Shown in pieces: positions 13,093 through 24,394 of a stretch of 64,000 nt of DNA. How positions within the stretch are numbered: the stretch's first letter is position 1; each line of letters opens with the position of its first letter. Below the pieces are notes generated by a model that was not told the DNA's origin, did not search any database, and was given only the letters and a program-made list of their open reading frames with translations. The stretch is from Callorhinchus milii (taxonomy: Eukaryota): contig NW_024704742.1 in assembly GCF_018977255.1 (NCBI RefSeq), positions 88,600,001 to 88,664,000 of the forward strand, read 5' to 3'. A program made the translations under genes and the position numbers.

Positions 13093-14212
13093 ATGTAATA
13101 TGAATTATTTGATTTGTTGTGCACTAAATTGGAGCTTAGTTAGAAAATTAAAATGTTTCAGGGGAAAAAAGGAATCTAACACAAAATGTTGGCTAAGATC
13201 TGCTTGATTATGTCTGTGGACTTTCCACCCACATCCACCATAGCAGGTAATACAATAAAATCCAATTTTATACTTTCAAATTTATATAGGCCAAATAATG
13301 AATTCACACCGTCCCATAAGTATTAAATATTGTTTTATACTGACATCTAGTGTCAGGAAAATGCAAGGATCTAAAGTTCACTTGTGCTGATAACGTTTGT
13401 GTCAGAGGAAATATTGAGATTGTGTATGTATTCAGGTTAAGTTGCTTTACACAGATACATTTAATATTATTTTTAAATCTTACATTTTTAGATTATCTAT
13501 CATTTCCTTTGGTTTGTAAATATATTTTGTACGATAATTGATCATTTCTTTTAAAGGTCTTGGAAGAAGGCAATTAATTACAAGAGGCTTTGCAATTACA
13601 GTATGTCACTATGATTCCAGCATAACATGACAACGTTTGTCAAATAATTAACTGTTTAAGACCAAATAGAATTTCATCATGTCACATGTACAGTAAATAC
13701 CAAATTTTGCTTCAATTTTTGTCTCAATTGCAAAATATATTGCAGTTTCTCAATACTCAATCACCCAATTCAGTGCTATCATAATGAAAGGCATTGATTC
13801 CAAAGCAATTAAAACAGTGAATGAAAAAATCCATAGAATGAACATCTAAAGAAATTATATTGACATTCTATAAAATGATGCCACACATGGCGTTCTGTGA
13901 CCAGTTACTGTATTTGCAAGGTGATCTCGAGGAGCTCAATGCACCTCAGGTCAGCAACTTGGTGATACAGGACTCCGTATTGCATCTCTTTATACTCAAA
14001 ACTGAGTATTGGTATTTATCATTAAATTATTATTATTTATAATAAAACTATGTATTATTTATAATCACTCTTACACCGAACACAACTCTGTAAAACAAGT
14101 TTCATTCCAACGCCCAATCCAACTTTCTGAAAGTTAATTCACTTCAGTTAAGTCACTTCAGGTAGACTGAATACTTGAAAAAATAACAAAAAATAATGTT
14201 ACTTGTACTCAC

Positions 14213-14350
14213 CTTTTCAAACTGCACACTTTCATGAATGAGGAGTGGAAACACTGGTATTATACATCTCGTTTTCCAGTGTTGACCTAGAACACAAACC
14301 CTGAGGAGAATATCATCTTTCCTTGGTAAAATCACACCTGGACACGTCAC
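14213..14350 (-). CDS. SPATA6L: SPATA6L-like exon 2: VTCPGVILPRKDDILLRVCVLGQHWKTRCIIPVFPLLIHESVQFEK
   Basis: ttcccctaag|GTG ... AAG|gtgagt; 138 nt, phase 0/0. VTCPGV...FPL...FEK is the conserved SPATA6 N-terminal domain motif. Confidence 0.85.
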
Positions 14351-15848
14351 CTTAGGGGAAAACAAATGGGTAGCAACAATCTCTATATATAGAGTTCTAT
14401 TTGAATTTAAAAAAACATTTTAAGACATTTTGCATAACTAAGGGGATTGAAAATAAAATTGGGGGAAGAGGGGGAAGCAGTTGCTAAACAGGGTTTCAAT
14501 AATTCAGTTGACTTGGCTCCAAGGAGACACACTTTGCAAAACAATGAAGCCTTAGAATACTCCAAGTTAAATTGACAGTTGACTGGCATCAGACTGAGTA
14601 AGTCTACACAATACAGGTCCTTAAAACCCCCAAAGTCCTTTTGGGCAAGGTGATCCTAATTGCACAAGTTCTGTGAAACTAACCAGTGCTTTATACTGGC
14701 ACCTGGATTGTTGCCATACCATTAAAATAACAACTTAACAAACCTAGTCAGGCTTCTCCAGTTCAATAGAATGCTGCAAATCAGTACGAGTCCATGTAAA
14801 TTAAGTAGGGAATATAAGCAAAGCCATTAAAAATGACAGCACCCTCTATGGACCATTGTGGAATTCTAAAGAAGGTTCCTCTAAGCTTCACCAATTGCTC
14901 TTTTAAACCCTCTGTCTTTGCTCGTGGGACACATAACTACCAAATAGAGTTCATCACCTATTCTGGCAATCTTCTTTAACTGTTAGGTGACATTTGCTCA
15001 ATTTCCTGCTTGTTACATTTTCTTCAGGACCCACACCTGAATCAAACTGTGATTGGTCATCTTCACACAACTAAATGTTGGTCTCACAATGAACCCTCAC
15101 ATTATGGTTGGTTGTTGGTTAGTCAATTTCGCCAAACAAGTCATGGGTTGACCAGTGGGAATAATGAGGAATCTCCTGAATTGAGTATCTCCTGATAGCC
15201 TGCAATTTACAATAATAATAATCCTTGCATTTGATATAGCGCTTTTCACGTCGAGAGGACGTCCCAAAGCGCTTCACAGAACACACTGTAAAGTAAATTG
15301 ACTGTATAGTTGTGGGCGAACGCGGCAGCCAATTGCGCACAGCAATGTCCCGCAAACAGTCGTAGATTGAAAATGACCAATTTATTATTGTTTACACATC
15401 TAAACAAACATATTGGCACTGTTCTGAGTGCTGCCTGCTCAGCTTGGATGCGGTCAATATAACATTATTCAATGACCTCACTCGTATAAAATCAAGTCTG
15501 TACAATACTAACACGAGAAAAGGAGTTTGTCAAGAAGTTCAGTGGCTTTAGCGCCCGACGCTCAAAAAAATACAGTGAAGGAATACAGTGCGTGACTCTC
15601 CCAAATCAAACCCCATTCGTCATATTAGAACACAATATTTCAGTTCATGTTACTTTTGGGGGGAAAAAAAATGACATTCAACCCAACAGAAAGGTTAGCC
15701 CAAATGAATTCATTTCCAGTAGCAGGAGTGTTGTTTAGTAATGGGTTTCTATGAGCCTCACTGCTGACCCCAGCACTCGGGGGCACACACACTGAGGAGA
15801 CACACACTCATCTGTAAGGAGCTTGTTCTGGGCTCCAATAGTGCTGAC

Positions 15849-17080
15849 AGCACACACAGGGTAGGGGGGCACACACAGGGGGGGGCACACACAGGGGGGG
15901 GGCACACACAGGGGGGGCACACACAGGGGGGGGCACACACAGGGGGGGGGCACACACAGGGGGGGGCACACACATGGGGGGGCAGCAGCACACACAGGGG
16001 GCACACACAGGGGGGGCACACACAGGGGGGGGCACACACATGGGGGGGGGCAGCAGCACACACAGGGGGGGGCACACACAGGGGGGGGCACACACAGGGG
16101 GGGGGGCAGCAGCACACACAGGGGGGGCACACACACGGGGGGGGCAGCACACACGGGGGGGGGCACACACAGGGGGGGCAGCACACACAGGGGGGGGCAC
16201 ACACAGGGGGGGGCACACACAGGGGGGGCAGCACACAGGGGGGCAGCACACAGGGGGGGCAGCACACACAGGGGGGGGCAGCACACACAGGGGGGGGGCA
16301 GCACACACAGGGGGGGGCAGCACACACAGGGGGGGGCAGCAGCACACGGGGGGCAGCAGCACACACAGGGGGGCACACACAGGAGGGGGGCAGCACACAC
16401 AGGGGGGGCACACACACGGGGGGGGGCAGCACACACAGGGGGGGGCAGCAGCACACGGGGGGCAGCAGCACACACAGGGGGGCACACACAGGAGGGGGCA
16501 GCACACACAGGGGGGGCACACACACGGGGGGGGGCAGCACACACGGGGGGGGCAGCAGCACACACAGGGGGCAGCACACACGGGGGGGGCACACACAGGG
16601 GGGGCACACACAGGGGGGCACACACACAGGGGGGGCACACACAGGGGGGGCACACACAGTGGGGGGGCAGCACACAGGGGGGCAGCACACACAGGGGGGG
16701 CAGCACACAGGGGGGGGCACACACAGGGGGCACACACGGGGGGGGGCAGCACACACAGGGGGGGCACACACAGGGGGCACACACAGTGGGGGGCAGCACA
16801 CAGGGGGGGGCAGCACACACAGGGGGGCGCCAGGGGGGGCACACACAGGGGGGGGCAGCACACACAGGGGGGGGCACACACACAGGGGGGGCACACACAG
16901 GGGGGGGCAGCACACACAGGGGGGGGGCAGCAGCACACGGGGGGGCAGCACACACGGGGGGGGGCACACACAGGGGGGGCACACACAGGGGGGGGCAGCA
17001 CACAGGGGGGGGGCAGCAGCACACGGGGGGGGGGGGCACACAGGGGGGGGGGGCACACACGGGGGGGGGGGGGGAGGGGG
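15849..17080. repeat. G-rich minisatellite, unit approx. (G)5-9 (CAG)0-2 CACACACA
   Basis: Directly visible tandem array of about 1.2 kb; source of the CVPP/GGHT low-complexity ORFs. Confidence 0.97.
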
Positions 17081-17238
17081 CGATTGTACAGTTACGGGAG
17101 GAGCTTCACACAGCTTTCCGTGTGTTTTTTTTAAAAAAAACCCCAGGGATGCAATACTTTGGAGCACTCGGTTGACCGGAGCAGCAGCAGCAGAGGGAGG
17201 GAGGGAGGGAGGGAGGAGGAGGGTCAGAGATGCCTTAC

Positions 17239-17286
17239 CGCGTGGATATCAACTTGAATGACACACTTCAGAACTTTCTGAGGCAT
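17239..17286 (-). CDS. SPATA6L: SPATA6-family gene (SPATA6L-like), coding exon 1: MPQKVLKCVIQVDIHA
   Basis: ATG at 17286; 16 codons ending at donor GCG|gtaagg (phase 0), which joins exon 2 in frame. An upstream acceptor (pyrimidine tract + cag, exon start 17312) implies a 5' UTR exon. Resembles the SPATA6/SPATA6L N-terminus as recalled. Confidence 0.75.
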
Positions 17287-17335
17287 CGTACAGATTCACC
17301 AGATTCAACGCCCTGGTGAGGAAGACATGGAGAGG

Positions 17336-17372
<37 letters not shown>

Positions 17373-17429
17373 GGGTGGGGGGGGTGTGGGGGGGGAAATA
17401 AACCTACAGTCATCAATTTGGGGCTATGT

Positions 17430-17970
17430 GTGAACACCGGGTTAAACAGGTTATGTTTCCTTCCGCCTCCAGGACTGTTGCAGCCGCCGCTTTGGGGGCA
17501 GCGTCACGTTTCCTTGGTGATTGAGTGAGTGAGTCACGCCTGACACTGCCCAACCTCCACCAGCACCACCACCACCACCACAACAACACACAACAACCAC
17601 GACAGCAACGACAACAAGGACACACAACCGGGAATAAATCAGTCAAAACTTCAACACTGCACATCCCGCCATCCGCCGCCGCCGCATCGGGAACCACTCC
17701 CGGAGTCACACTCCAGACTCTGAGCTGCGGCATTCGGGGGTTTCGCTCTCAATACCCCCGAAGTCCTTCCCTTTTCGATGCAGGAGATTTGTTTTGACGA
17801 TGACAGCAATGGCCGCACACAGTGAGATAACGGCGGCCCCGGCCCTCCTTCCCCCGCAAACCCGGGGGGGGGGGGGATGGGCCCGCGCGGGGCTTCAAGG
17901 AGTCGGCGGTTTGGGAGAAGCAAATGATTTGCTTCGAAAATCCCCGCCCGCGGCCGGTGCCTGAGAGGGG
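17430..17970 (-). promoter_or_regulatory. Probable SPATA6L-like promoter CpG island
   Basis: CpG-rich stretch just upstream of coding exon 1; X-box-like GTTTCCTTGGTGAT at 17508-17521; possible UTR-exon donor act|gtaggt (exon end 17408). Confidence 0.5.
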
Positions 17971-18737
17971 GAATGTGCTCTGAGAAACCACTGCAGCAAA
18001 GCAGTCAATGTCAGTCAGTCTCAGTCAGTCAGTCAGTCAGTGCGTAACTGACAACCACCATCGCTCTCTCTCTCTCTCTGTCTCACACACACACACACAC
18101 GGATAATGTTTCAATAAGGCATTTGATCCCCCAAAGCTTAATCATCTATGTTGTGTGTATACTGATCAATGTTAATATAAATATATATATATATATATAT
18201 AACCCAACGTGTATGTGGTGTCCATGTGCTTGTGGGTAACTGTCAGCCGCTGCGGTCTGTGCTGAGGGCTCACAGACCGTTTGGAGCCGCATTTTCCCCC
18301 CATTTTTTTTGGATTTAAACCCGAAAAACGTCTTGAAAAAGCTTTTTTTCAAAAAAGCAGTTTGAAAAACACTGACCATAACTCGGCCATCGCTGCCCAC
18401 ACACAGGGCCGGGCTGTGGGGGCTGTGGGGGGGGGAGGGGGCGCTCTGGCTATAAATATATTTTAATTGGTGGCAAATCCTGAGCTCAGTCCATGTCCCG
18501 CAGTGAGTGTCCGACCTCAGCCTGTGAGGCCCTCCCGGCCCCCGCCCCCCCGGCCCCGCCCGCCCGGACACACTCCCTCATCCGCACCTCCACATGTCAG
18601 TGTTAGTCTGCAGAGGGCAGAGAGGAGGAGAAGACCCCCCACACCCCCTCCTCTCGCTTTGGGTGTATTTTGTTGTAATTTTTTTAAAAAAAAATCCGTC
18701 TTCTTTTCCCCTCCGCGTCAACCGCCGCCTTCAGCTC

Positions 18738-19155
18738 TGTGTGTGTGTGTGTTACTCCCCCCTCATGTGTGTGTGTTACTCCCCCCCCCCCCACGTGTGT
18801 ATGTGTGTGTGTTACTCCCCCCTCACGTGTGTGTGTGTGTGCGTGTGTACTCCCCCCTCACGTGTGTGTGTGCGTGTGTACTCCCCCCTCACGTGTGTGT
18901 GTTACTCCCCCCTCACGTGTGTGTGTGTGTGTTACTCCCCCCTCACGTGTGTGTGTGTGTGTTACTCCCCCCTCACGTGTGTGTGTGCGTGTGTACTCCC
19001 CCCTCACGTGTGTGTGTTACTCCCCCTCACGTGTGTGTGTGTGTGTTACTCCCCCTCACGTGTGTGTGTGTGTTACTCCCCCCTCACGTGTGTGTGTGTG
19101 TGTGTTACTCCCCCCTCACGTGTGTGTGTGTGTGTGTGTGTGTTACTCCCCCCAC
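18738..19155. repeat. Minisatellite TTACTCCCCCCTCACGTG(TG)n
   Basis: About 14 tandem units of 26-36 nt visible directly. Confidence 0.95.
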
Positions 19156-19159
19156 CCCC

Positions 19160-19360
19160 GTGTTGTGTTTTACATATTGCACACGTGTATGTGTTACGTC
19201 TGTATGTATGAATGAATGTGTTGTGTTATGTATGTGTTATACATGTCCGTTGTGTGTGTGTGTGTCATGTATGTTATGTGTGTTGTGTATGTGTTATGCA
19301 CGTATGTGTGTGTGTTATGTATGTATGTGCTATCAATGTGTTGTGTATGTATGTAATATG
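19160..19360. repeat. Degenerate (TG/TATG)n microsatellite
   Basis: Visible low-complexity tract. Confidence 0.85.
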
Positions 19361-19363
19361 TAG

Positions 19364-19727
19364 CCCTCCATGATCTTGCTCCTCCCCCCTACCTCTCTGA
19401 CCTCCTAACCCCCTACCACCCTATTTGCTCCCCCCACTCAGTGGGCTCTGGCCTGCTTCACGCCCCCCGCCTCGCTCGCCCCACTATCGGCGGGTGGGCC
19501 TTCCACCACTTTGCACCCACCCTCTGGAACTCCATCCCGCAGTCCCTCCGTCTCGCCCCCTCCCTCTCCACCTCAAGACCCTCCTCTTTGACCGTGCTTT
19601 CGATCTCCCTGCCCTCTCCCCTCCCCCGCCCTCAGCTCGGGTCCGAAACTCTGTCTGTCCAGCATCTCGGGACATCCTCCCGACGTGAAAGGCGCTATAT
19701 AAATGTCATTTTCTTGTTGTTATTATG
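19364..19727 (+). mobile_element. L2 3' fragment
   Basis: Same family tail (GGGACATCCTCCCGACGTGAAAGGCGCTATATAAATG). Confidence 0.85.
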
Positions 19728-20069
19728 ATGTATGTGTTGTGTATGTATGTGTTACATATGTATGTGTTGTGTGTGTCAGGTGGATGGTCAGGTGAACCAG
19801 GGGGAGGAACGAGAGTAGGAGACAGTACGGGAGGTGATGGGGCCAAGAGTGTCGAGTGTGGAGGAGAGGGTGTTGTGGGGGAGGGTGAGAGGAGAAGAGG
19901 GGTCAGTGAGGGTTGAAGGCCAGAGGGAGAGGAGTTCAGAGGACTCCAAGGCAGCGGTTAGGGATTGTGGGGGTAACTTCTTCCAGGGGAGGTAGAAGAT
20001 GGTAGTGGGTCTGGTGGAGGTGGGGAGGGGGTGGAGGTGGTGAAGGAGATGAAGTGGTGGTCCACCTGA

Positions 20070-21870
20070 CCGCTCGCTCCCGGTCCCCGCGTGCGCAATA
20101 TGGCTGCCGCTATGACCCGAGCCCCCTCACCCCCTCCCTCCCTCTTCTCTACCCCCAAACCCTCCCCCCTCTGCATCTCTCCCGCTCTCTCCTCCTCTCT
20201 CTCCGTCCCTCTCGCCTTCTATCCCCACTTGACCCTCCCACAACCTCCCTCTGTTCCAGCCTGGGAATCCTCCGCCGGGCTCACCGTGGCACTCGGCGTT
20301 GGCTGTCCAGCAACTGCCACACCGACTGCCCCATTCCCCACTACACTCGCCAGCCACCCCGCACAAAGACCCGGGGAGCCAACCTCTCCTCAACTTATCC
20401 CCATTTCCCCCACTCCTGCCTCACAACCTGGAACCCCCTCCCCCCCACCACACCCTTCTGTCAACCGCTCCCTCCACATCGGACTACAAAACGTTCGCTC
20501 CCTCTGTAACAAGGCCCTGGTCATCAACGATCTCATCCTTGATGAGAGCGTTGACATCATGGCCTTAACGGAAACCTGGCTCACCCCAGGCGACACCTTC
20601 CCCCTCACGGAGGCCACACCACCCGGCTACACCTCCCACCACATCCCTCGCCCCAACCGCCGTGGCGGTGGTGTTGCCCTTATCTCAAGGACACCACTTG
20701 CCCTATCCCCCTACTCCTCTGGCTCTTTCCCCTCTTTTGAGCACCTCACCCTCTCCCACCCCTCCTTCCTCTCACTTAAAAATTCCTCCTCCTCTACCGG
20801 CCCCCTAAAACCTCTCCCACCTTTATCTCTGATATCTCGACACTTCTCACATCTCTCTGCCTCTGCTCTGATCGCCTCATCATCCTGGGCGACTTTAACC
20901 TGCACTTCACCCCCTCCTGCTCAATCTCCTCAGACTTCTCTTCTCCTCGCTCAACCTCTCCCTCCACATCAACTCCGCCACTCACAGTCACGGCCACCCA
21001 CTCGACTTGGTGATCACCCGGGGCCTCAGTGTCTCGGATGTCACTATCACCGACAAGGCCATCTCCGACCACCACTTCATCTCCTTCACCACCTCCACCC
21101 CCCTCCCCACCTCCACCAGACCCACCACCATCTTCTACCGCCCCTGGAAGAAGTTACCCCCTCAATCCCTAACCGCTGCCTTGGAGTCCTCTGAACTCCT
21201 CTCCCTCTGGCCTTCAACCCTCACTGACCCCTCTTCTGCTCTCACCCTCCTCCACAACAACCTCTCCTCCACACTTGACACTCTTGCCCCCATCACCTCC
21301 CGTACTGTCTCCTACTCTCGCTCCTCCCCCTGGTTCACCACCCACCTCCGCTCACTGAAGAGCCAGGTGCGGGCCGCTGAACGCACCTGTGTCAAATCTG
21401 GCCTAACGGTCCACCGACAAATCTGGCTGGACCTCCTCAAAATCTACCGCTCCACTCTAGCCTCGGCCAAATTGTCCTTCTACTCCAGGATAATCCTGGA
21501 GGCGAAGGACAACCCCAGGCTACTGTTCTCTACCACATCCAAACTCCTCCGTCCCCCGTCTCCCCCGCCACCCCGCGCAGGTCATCTCCTCCAAGCTTCA
21601 TGGCGAGGAGATGCTGGATTTCCTCGAATCCAAAATCAAGGGAATTCGCTCCGCGGTCACTTCCCCTCCAACATCCACCCACCACCCACCCCCTCCCTCC
21701 CACACTCCGACTCCTACCCATCCTCCCCTACACACTTCGTACCCGTTTCCCCACCCTCTGTCACCAAACTCATCCTATCCCTGAAACCCACCACCTGCTC
21801 CCTTGACCCCATCCCCACTCCACTCCTTATCTCCCAGCTCCACCTCCTTGCCCCACATATCACAGACATC
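20070..21870 (+). mobile_element. L2-clade LINE fragment with APE endonuclease domain (frameshifted)
   Basis: HIGLQNVRSLCNK...DIMALTETWL...RGGGVALI, IILGDFN, HPLDLVIT, ISDHHFISF, PWFT, TCSLDPIPT: typical L2 ORF2 endonuclease/linker. Confidence 0.9.
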
Positions 21871-22437
21871 TATGTCTGTTATGTATGTTGTGTATGTGTT
21901 ATCAATGTATGTTACATAGATGTATGTTATCTATGTATGCTATTTAGGGATGTCTTCCCGATTTGAAAGGCGCTATACAAATGTAATCTTGTTGTTATGT
22001 ATGTGTTATCTATGTGTGTGTTGTGTATTTCTGTGTTAGTGTATGTCGTGTATGCGTGTGTTCTGTATGTATGTGTTATGTGTGTGTTATATATGTGTTG
22101 TGTATGTATGTGTTAATCTATGTATTTGTGTGTGTTGTGTATATATGTTGTGTGTGTATGTGTGTGTATGTGTGTTTGTGTTGTGTGTGTGTGTTGTGTG
22201 TATATGTTATGTGTGTTGTGTATGTATGTGTTTATATGTGTGTTGTATGTATGTATGTGTGTGTGTATGTGTGTGTGTGTTGTGTGTATGTGTGTGTGTA
22301 TGTATATGTATGTGTGTATGTATATGAATGTGTGTATGTGTATGTATGTATGCGTATGTGCGTATATATACGTGTGTGTATGTGTGTTGCATGTATGTGT
22401 GTGTGTTGTGTGTGTGTGTGTGTATATGTGTGTGTGT
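21870..22437. repeat. Degenerate (TG/TATG)n microsatellite
   Basis: Visible low-complexity tract containing a short L2 tail remnant at about 21945-21995. Confidence 0.9.
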
Positions 22438-23009
22438 GGGGAGTTGTCCTGGAGACAGCCCTTTCCCTCGATCCACTCCTCGTTCCTCCTCTTTTCCTGT
22501 CGCTTCAGGCATTCGATGGCTTTTTGTCCGATGGCCACTTGACCGCGGCCGGCATCACCAGCGCTGCCGCCAGTCACCATGGCGACCGACCAGCCGGCAG
22601 CTGGTTGGGGGTTGGGATCAGGAGGGGTAGAGGGCAGGGAGGGCAGCGCTAGGACAGTCGGAAGGCACGGTCAAATAGAAGGGTCTTGAAGGAGGGAAGG
22701 GATGGGGCTTGGCGCCATATTTTAGTGCAGTTTTCTGCGCCAAATTATTGGGGAGTGTTCTTGTCGTTTCGCATGTGTAAAAAAAAAAATGGTTTTGGGC
22801 ATCGGGTGCCTAATTTTTAGAATAAAATAAATTTAGTCTGGGAAAAGGTTTTTTCTCTTTCACCCCTTTTTCTTAGTTTCAAAAGGTCTGACCTAACTCG
22901 GGGCCACTTTGTTGCTACCCATAACAGCAGGTGACATGTCATATTGGGCTACATCTTGGGCTAGTGTTTGGTGGACTTTGGGCTACAAATCTGTTTCAAT
23001 TTGTTTATA

Positions 23010-23302
23010 ACAATAATAATAATCCTTGCATTTGATATTGTGCTTTTTCACGTCTTCTAGACGTCTCAAAGCACTTCACAGAATATACTGTAAAGTGAAT
23101 TGACTGTATATTTGTGGGCGAAATGCAGCAGTTAAATTGCGCACAGCAGTGACTCACAAACAGTCGTGGATTGAAGTGACCAATTTATTACTTTTTTCTT
23201 GAGGGGTTATTATCAGGCGTGTGGAGTAAGGAAACTTGCCCAAAGTTTTGCCCTGCCGGGAATCCAACCCAGGTCTTTCGCTTGAGAGGCGAGTGCTCTA
23301 AC
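23010..23302 (-). mobile_element. tRNA-derived SINE (same family)
   Basis: aataataataatccttgcatttgatat...gtggagtaaggaaacttgccc...gggaatccaacccaggtct...gagtgctctaacc. Confidence 0.85.
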
Positions 23303-23789
23303 CTTTGTTTAGTGGACTTTGGGCTACAAGTTGTGTTTTAATTTTTCCCCAGAAAATATACAGTCAATTCACGTTACAGTATTTTCTGTGAAGCGCTTTG
23401 AGACGTCTTGAAGATGTGATAAGACGCTACATCAAATGTAAGGATTATTATTATTAATTTCTGTCAAACCCTGTCTGACCGCCTGACCGCATGCCAGCTG
23501 CGGTTGCCAAAAATTAAACTACATTTATAATTTTGGGATGGTGTCTAATTAAAAAAAATTAAAACTGCAGAACGTTTCTGTTTTTGTTTCACTCCCCTTT
23601 GAAGACCCTTTTCTTACAGGTTCAAAAGCACTATTATTGGGCTCTTTTTGGGGCTAGTATTTGGTGGATTTTGGGCTGGCAGATGTAGTTTAATTTCTAT
23701 CAAAACCCTTCTCTTCCGCCAGGCAGCCAGGGTTGCCACAAGTTAAAATACATTCATAATTTCTTGGGTGGGTGACTGATTAATTTTCT

Positions 23790-24200
23790 TTACAACAACA
23801 ACTTGCATTTATATAGTACCCTTCACGCGGTATAGCATCCCGGAGTGCTTGACAGTGGTGGATTCTGACCCCGAGCCAGGGGGCGAGGGAGGGGTGACCA
23901 TAAGCACGTTCAAAAGTAAGGTCTTTAAGCAGGATTTGAAAGTGGAGACGGAGGGAGGGGGCATGGCAGAGGGGACGAGGGAGAGAGTTCCAAAGTTTTG
24001 GGGCGTAGTTGGCTGAAAACACAGCAGCTGGTGGAGCGGAGGGGGCAAGGGATGGACAGGAGGCTGGAGCCACCCGAGCGGAAGCAGTGGGTGGGTGGAG
24101 TGGGGGAGTGAGCGAGTCGGATGGTAGGGAAGTGCAAGGGCATAAAGGCATTTGAAAATTTGAGCGAATCTTGTGGTCGATCCGTTCTGTAATTGGACAT
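23790..24200 (-). mobile_element. L2 3' fragment (older subfamily)
   Basis: Similar to 50625-50990; tail CAACAACTTGCATTTATATAG on the + strand. Confidence 0.75.
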
Positions 24201-24394
24201 TTTTATTTTAAACCTGAAAGAAGTGTATTTACGTTCCCCTTCGAAGAACTTTTCCTGACAATGTAAACAGCACTAATATTGGGCTACTTGTTGGGCTGGT
24301 GTTTGGTGGACTTTGGGCTACAGATGTATCGTCATGTCTGGCAAACCACGTGATCCTCCTCACACACACACACACACACACCCCCCCCCCCCTC

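Larger units (their letters stand above)
22790..24348. mobile_element. Cluster of 3-4 degenerate about 200-bp MITE-like units with GGTTGCCA / TGGCAAACC ends
   Basis: Recurring ATTGGGCT...GGGCTAGTGTTTGGTGGACTTTGGGCTAC block at about 22943, 23306 (partial), 23636 and 24278; starts GGTTGCCA at 23502 and 23731. Confidence 0.5.

Noticed and set aside
15735..17261. Cys/Pro-rich and Gly/His-rich ORFs of 130-469 aa resembling keratin-associated or metallothionein-like proteins
   Set aside because: All six frames are open only because the G-run/CA minisatellite cannot encode stops; variable G-run lengths are not frame-preserving; the region is SPATA6L intron.
17525..17797. His/Gln-rich 90-aa ORF
   Set aside because: GTG start, composition driven by CAC/CAA triplet repeats in the promoter region, no recognisable homology.
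18738..19155. Regularly spaced repeats as a possible CRISPR array
   Set aside because: The spacers are just (TG)n of variable length, there are no unique spacers or cas genes, and the context is vertebrate.
22113..22580. Minus-strand ORF MVTGGSAGDAGRGQVAIGQKAIECLKRQEK as IFT74 or CDC37L1 exon 1
   Set aside because: No recognisable similarity to those proteins and no splice donor before it runs into the CA microsatellite.
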